A stretch of DNA of 64,000 nt from Malacoraja senta. Taxonomy: Eukaryota. Positions 60,456-64,000 of the stretch are shown one piece after another. The stretch covers positions 279,000,001 through 279,064,000 of the forward strand of contig CM075977.1 of the NCBI GenBank assembly GCA_038087875.1, written 5' to 3'. The number at the start of each line of letters is the position of its first letter. Within the stretch, counting starts at the first letter, position 1. The notes beneath the pieces were generated by a model. It searched no databases. It saw only the letters and a program-made list of their open reading frames with translations, and had not been told where the DNA came from. The translations under genes and the position numbers were made by a program.

Positions 60456-61672
60456 CCTGTTATCTTAACAATGTTTACAACAAAGAGGGATAGAAAATGT
60501 CATATGTTTACAAAGTTCAAGAGTGTTAAGAGTGTTTAATTATCACATGTAATGACAACAGTACAATGAAATTATTCCTTGCTGCAGCTTAACAGGCCTG
60601 TAAATGCAATAACACACAAATACATCATCAAAATGTTACCATTATGGCAACCATAATATTGCAAAAAATCAAAATCCCCAGTGCAACCAGCGACACAATC
60701 CATTGAGGTTAAGTATTGTGTGGTGTTCAAGAGCCTGATGGTTGCTGTTCTTCAACATGGGTGTGGAGAGAGTAGAGCAGGGGACTGAGCACACAGCCTT
60801 GCAATGATCCGGTTATCGAGAAGGATGTGCGATGGCCAATTCTAAATGCTGGTGGTCTGCGATGGGGAAGTCGAGGATAAGCAGAGACCCAGTTTCGGGT
60901 CGAGAAAGATCTGAAAAAGGGTGTCGACCCAAAACGTCACCCATTCCTTCTCTCCAGAGTTGCTGCCTGTCCCGCTGAGTTACGCCAGCATTTTGTGTTT
61001 CATCTTTGTTTTCAATTACTTGTGGCTGTCTCTCTCTCCCACTTCTATCCTCTGGCCCTTGTTCAAACTGTATCTACAGAACCTCCTCTTGGCACACCTC
61101 AAAGCCATTCTCGAGCCATATCAAGGACAATGATTAATGAGCAATTTTATCAGTGCAGATATAATCCCTTTAGTTCAGCGAGCTAGTGCACAGAACAGAC
61201 ATTTAATACTAGTAACAGGAGGGGTGGAGGCATCTGGGATAAGGCAGCCTCCTGGGATAAGGCAGCCTTTCACTTTGTGCCAACTTAATTCTGGAATGGT
61301 CATAGAGCAGGTTACACCTTGTGCTGTAGCCTGTAACCACATCCTTTCACAGCTATAAACACTTAGGAATACAAAAGGTCTAAGTAAACATTTACAACTT
61401 GTCTAACAAAGGGAAAAAAAAACAGAAAAAAAAGTTTTCCATGCCTACTGCTATGGTGACAATACTGAATGAGAAATGGTTTGCATAAACATAGGATAAT
61501 AGTTCTGTAAAATGCAAGGCTTTTAAGAAATGTGCTTGTCAGAAGTGACAGCGTCCTCTGTTCCAGCACCTTGGAGCTCTATGGTAGCATTGTGCGGAAC
61601 CATGGCTTGCTGCAGGTTTCTTCCTCATGGACACCCCAGAGAGATTTTTGGCACACGTGGGTACCTTATATA

Positions 61673-62025
61673 AAGTGAAAGGCTTGGATGGAGTGGATGT
61701 AGAGAGGATATTTCCACTAGTGGGAGAGTCTAGGACCAGAGGTCATAGCCTCAGAATTAACGGACGCTCCTTTAAGAAGGAGATGAGGTGGAATTTCTTT
61801 AGTCAGAGGGTGGTGAATCTGTGGAATTGTGGAATTCATTGCCACTGAAGGCTGTGGAGGCCAAGTCAACGGATATTTGTTAAAGCAGAGATAGATAGAT
61901 TTTTGATTAGTACGGGTGTCAGGGTTACGGGGAGAAGGCAAGAGAGTATCGGCAGCCATGATTGAATGGTGGAGTAGACTTCATGGGCCGAATGGCCTAA
62001 TTCTGCTCCCGTCGCTTATGAACTT
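61673..62025 (+). mobile_element. CR1 LINE 3' fragment
   Basis: KGLDGVDVERIFPLVGESRTRGHSL. Confidence 0.85.
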
Positions 62026-62624
62026 ATCCACAGCATCTGTACATTGTTATCCACCCCCACCAAACCATGCCCACATTAACACTGGTAACAGGACCCATGA
62101 GATTCAGAATAGTCTTCCCTTGAGCTGAAGGGCCAATCTTCCAATACCTCAGCCTCCATCAGCTGATTGTGCTCGCTCACGTTGTACATTTCCCCCAGCC
62201 TGCAGGATGAAGATTTACAGACTGGCTTGTGGAACTATTACTGTGGGAGGCAGTGCAAACCTCAAAGCAGGGGCAAGATGCGGTGCACATCAAGAGAATA
62301 AGAGAAAAGACAAAGGGGACCTGGAATTATTGCTGAGAATATGTACATTATTTTTGGATCTTAATAATCCATGGTGCAATGCAAACCAAATTAGTATCAG
62401 TACCAAGAGACAAAGAATGACCTGATGAATTTGGAGGCCAATCTTTCCATTGCTCCCATCCCCTTCCCCAACCCCCACCAACCTACTTCCAATTTCCTAT
62501 ATTGCCTCAATTGCTGTCACCTCAAGTGCTCCTTCCGCAAAACAATGACAATTCTTTATCATTTGACATTCTTCCCTTCCTGCATTGGGATTTCTCTTTT
62601 AAACAGTATGCAAGAATTTAAGTA

Positions 62625-62935
62625 ACCATGGCCGGACGGGTACGGAGGTGGCAGAGCCCGGCGTCAAACGGAGCCATGGTCAACGGAGCCCGCAGCCAGA
62701 ATTGCGTCGATCAGAGCCTGAGGTTGTGCCGCCAGGAACAAAGGAGGACCTGGAGCAAGGGGAAACCCCTGTGCGTGGGGAGGGGAAAGATAACAAAGGA
62801 GAACCTGGCGCGGGATACTTTGTAACGTTGTCAGTGCCCTTTACGTGGCGGCTATTTTCATACCTTGGGTTATGCAAGCAAAGAATTCCACTGCAACTTG
62901 CCACATGTGACAATAAGGAATCCAATTCAATTCAG
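62625..62935 (+). mobile_element. GC-rich non-autonomous non-LTR element with Rex1/L2-like tail
   Basis: 3' end tactttgtaac..gcaagcaaagaattccactg..catgtgacaataa shared with 1196-1390, 34920-35380 and 43140-43266. Confidence 0.6.
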
Positions 62936-63724
62936 TTCTGCCAAAAATCTAATTCAACATAGGCGATTCATGCGCATGGATGAAAGAGTTTAGTAGAGGG
63001 ACATCATGTTAAGATGTGTATGAAAGATCGTTTGCGGATGTAAACAAGGTGAAAGTGATGCCTGCTGGGCATTGATGGCCAGCTGTAGAAGACCAAAGTA
63101 CGCAGAGGGAGATTGGGCCTAAAACCCCCTTCCAGGGGTGGTTGTAGAGGCAGATAATATTGCAGTGTTTAATAGACTTTACATAGGCAGAGGGATATGC
63201 TGGGTTTGGAGGGCTATGCATCATGTGCAGGCAGATGAGATTAATTGAGCCTGGCATCATGTTCAGCACTGACATTGTGGGCTGAATGGCCTGCTCCTGT
63301 GCTGTATAGTTCTATGCTCTAAAGCGATTATGCAAAGCTTATTTGGCAGCAGAAAGTAATTCCATGGCTCAGCTGAAAATTGGACCATTTTTCCAACGTG
63401 GTAACTTACACCTTACTTATCCGGTGGTTTATAACAACTTCCAGGTTTTGTTTCATCCTACAGGTTTACTGTCATGTTCTCTGTACACTTCCCTGCTCTG
63501 GGTAACTTCCCCATTACATTTATAGGGCACATGTTATTTTGGCTAAAGGATTCTGGCATGTGCAAAAAATACTGTGGAGCAAGCAACCTGTCTTTGTTTA
63601 CATGGGCAGTGTTCAAATGAGCGAATCCTAGAGAATGGGACGGAAGGGACAGCAGATGCTGGTTTACACCGAAGATAGGCACAAAGTGCTGGAGTAACTC
63701 AGCAGGACAGGCAGCATGGAGCCA

Positions 63725-64000
63725 TGGAGTGATACAGTGTGCAAACAGGCCCTTCAATCCAATTTAGCCCACACTGGCCAACATGTCCCAGCTACACTAG
63801 TCCCACCTGCTGGCATTTGGTCCATATCCCTCCAAACCTGTCCTATCCATGTACCTGTCTAACAGTTTCTTAAATGTTGGGATAGTCCCAGCCTCAACTA
63901 TCTCCTCTGGCAGCTTGTTCCATACATCCACTATCCTTTGTGTGAAAATGTTACCCCTGAGATTCCTATTAAATCTTTTACCCTTCACCTTAAACTTGTG
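63725..64000 (-). mobile_element. CR1 LINE 3' fragment (window edge)
   Basis: ORF 63797..63988 KGKRFNRNLRGNIFTQR..FKKLLDRYMD. Confidence 0.9.

Overview
Repeat-saturated, apparently non-genic (intergenic or deep intronic) vertebrate DNA. The repeat families point to a cartilaginous fish, most likely a skate or ray; this is inferred from the HE1-type V-SINEs and CR1/HER1 LINE tails. I found no host exon, rRNA, bona fide tRNA or CRISPR array. Nearly every ORF in the track is a fragment or antisense shadow of a transposable element. Content: many 5'-truncated CR1 LINEs; tRNA-derived HE1-like SINEs; Rex1/Babar LINE 3' ends; Penelope-like elements (GIY-YIG plus Cys-rich linker) whose 3' pseudo-LTR carries a minimal hammerhead-ribozyme core; one Vingi/Ingi-like fragment; a bipartite RTE-derived SINE; PIF/Harbinger-like MITEs with TAA TSDs; hAT-like elements; and a Tigger-like MITE. 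The most notable pattern involves the ~100-200 bp hammerhead-bearing pLTR. It occurs as TSD-flanked insertions and as fold-back hairpins that invert at the ribozyme core. Three local duplications of neighbouring non-PLE DNA (4.1 kb/25.9 kb, 17.1 kb/29.1 kb, 31.5 kb/31.7 kb) all include such a hairpin arm, and the two longer ones begin at the apex or hammerhead core. This suggests PLE/ribozyme-anchored local copying of host DNA. Family names come from my recall of consensus sequences, not a database search. Coordinates of degenerate repeats are approximate; TSD/TIR coordinates were read directly.
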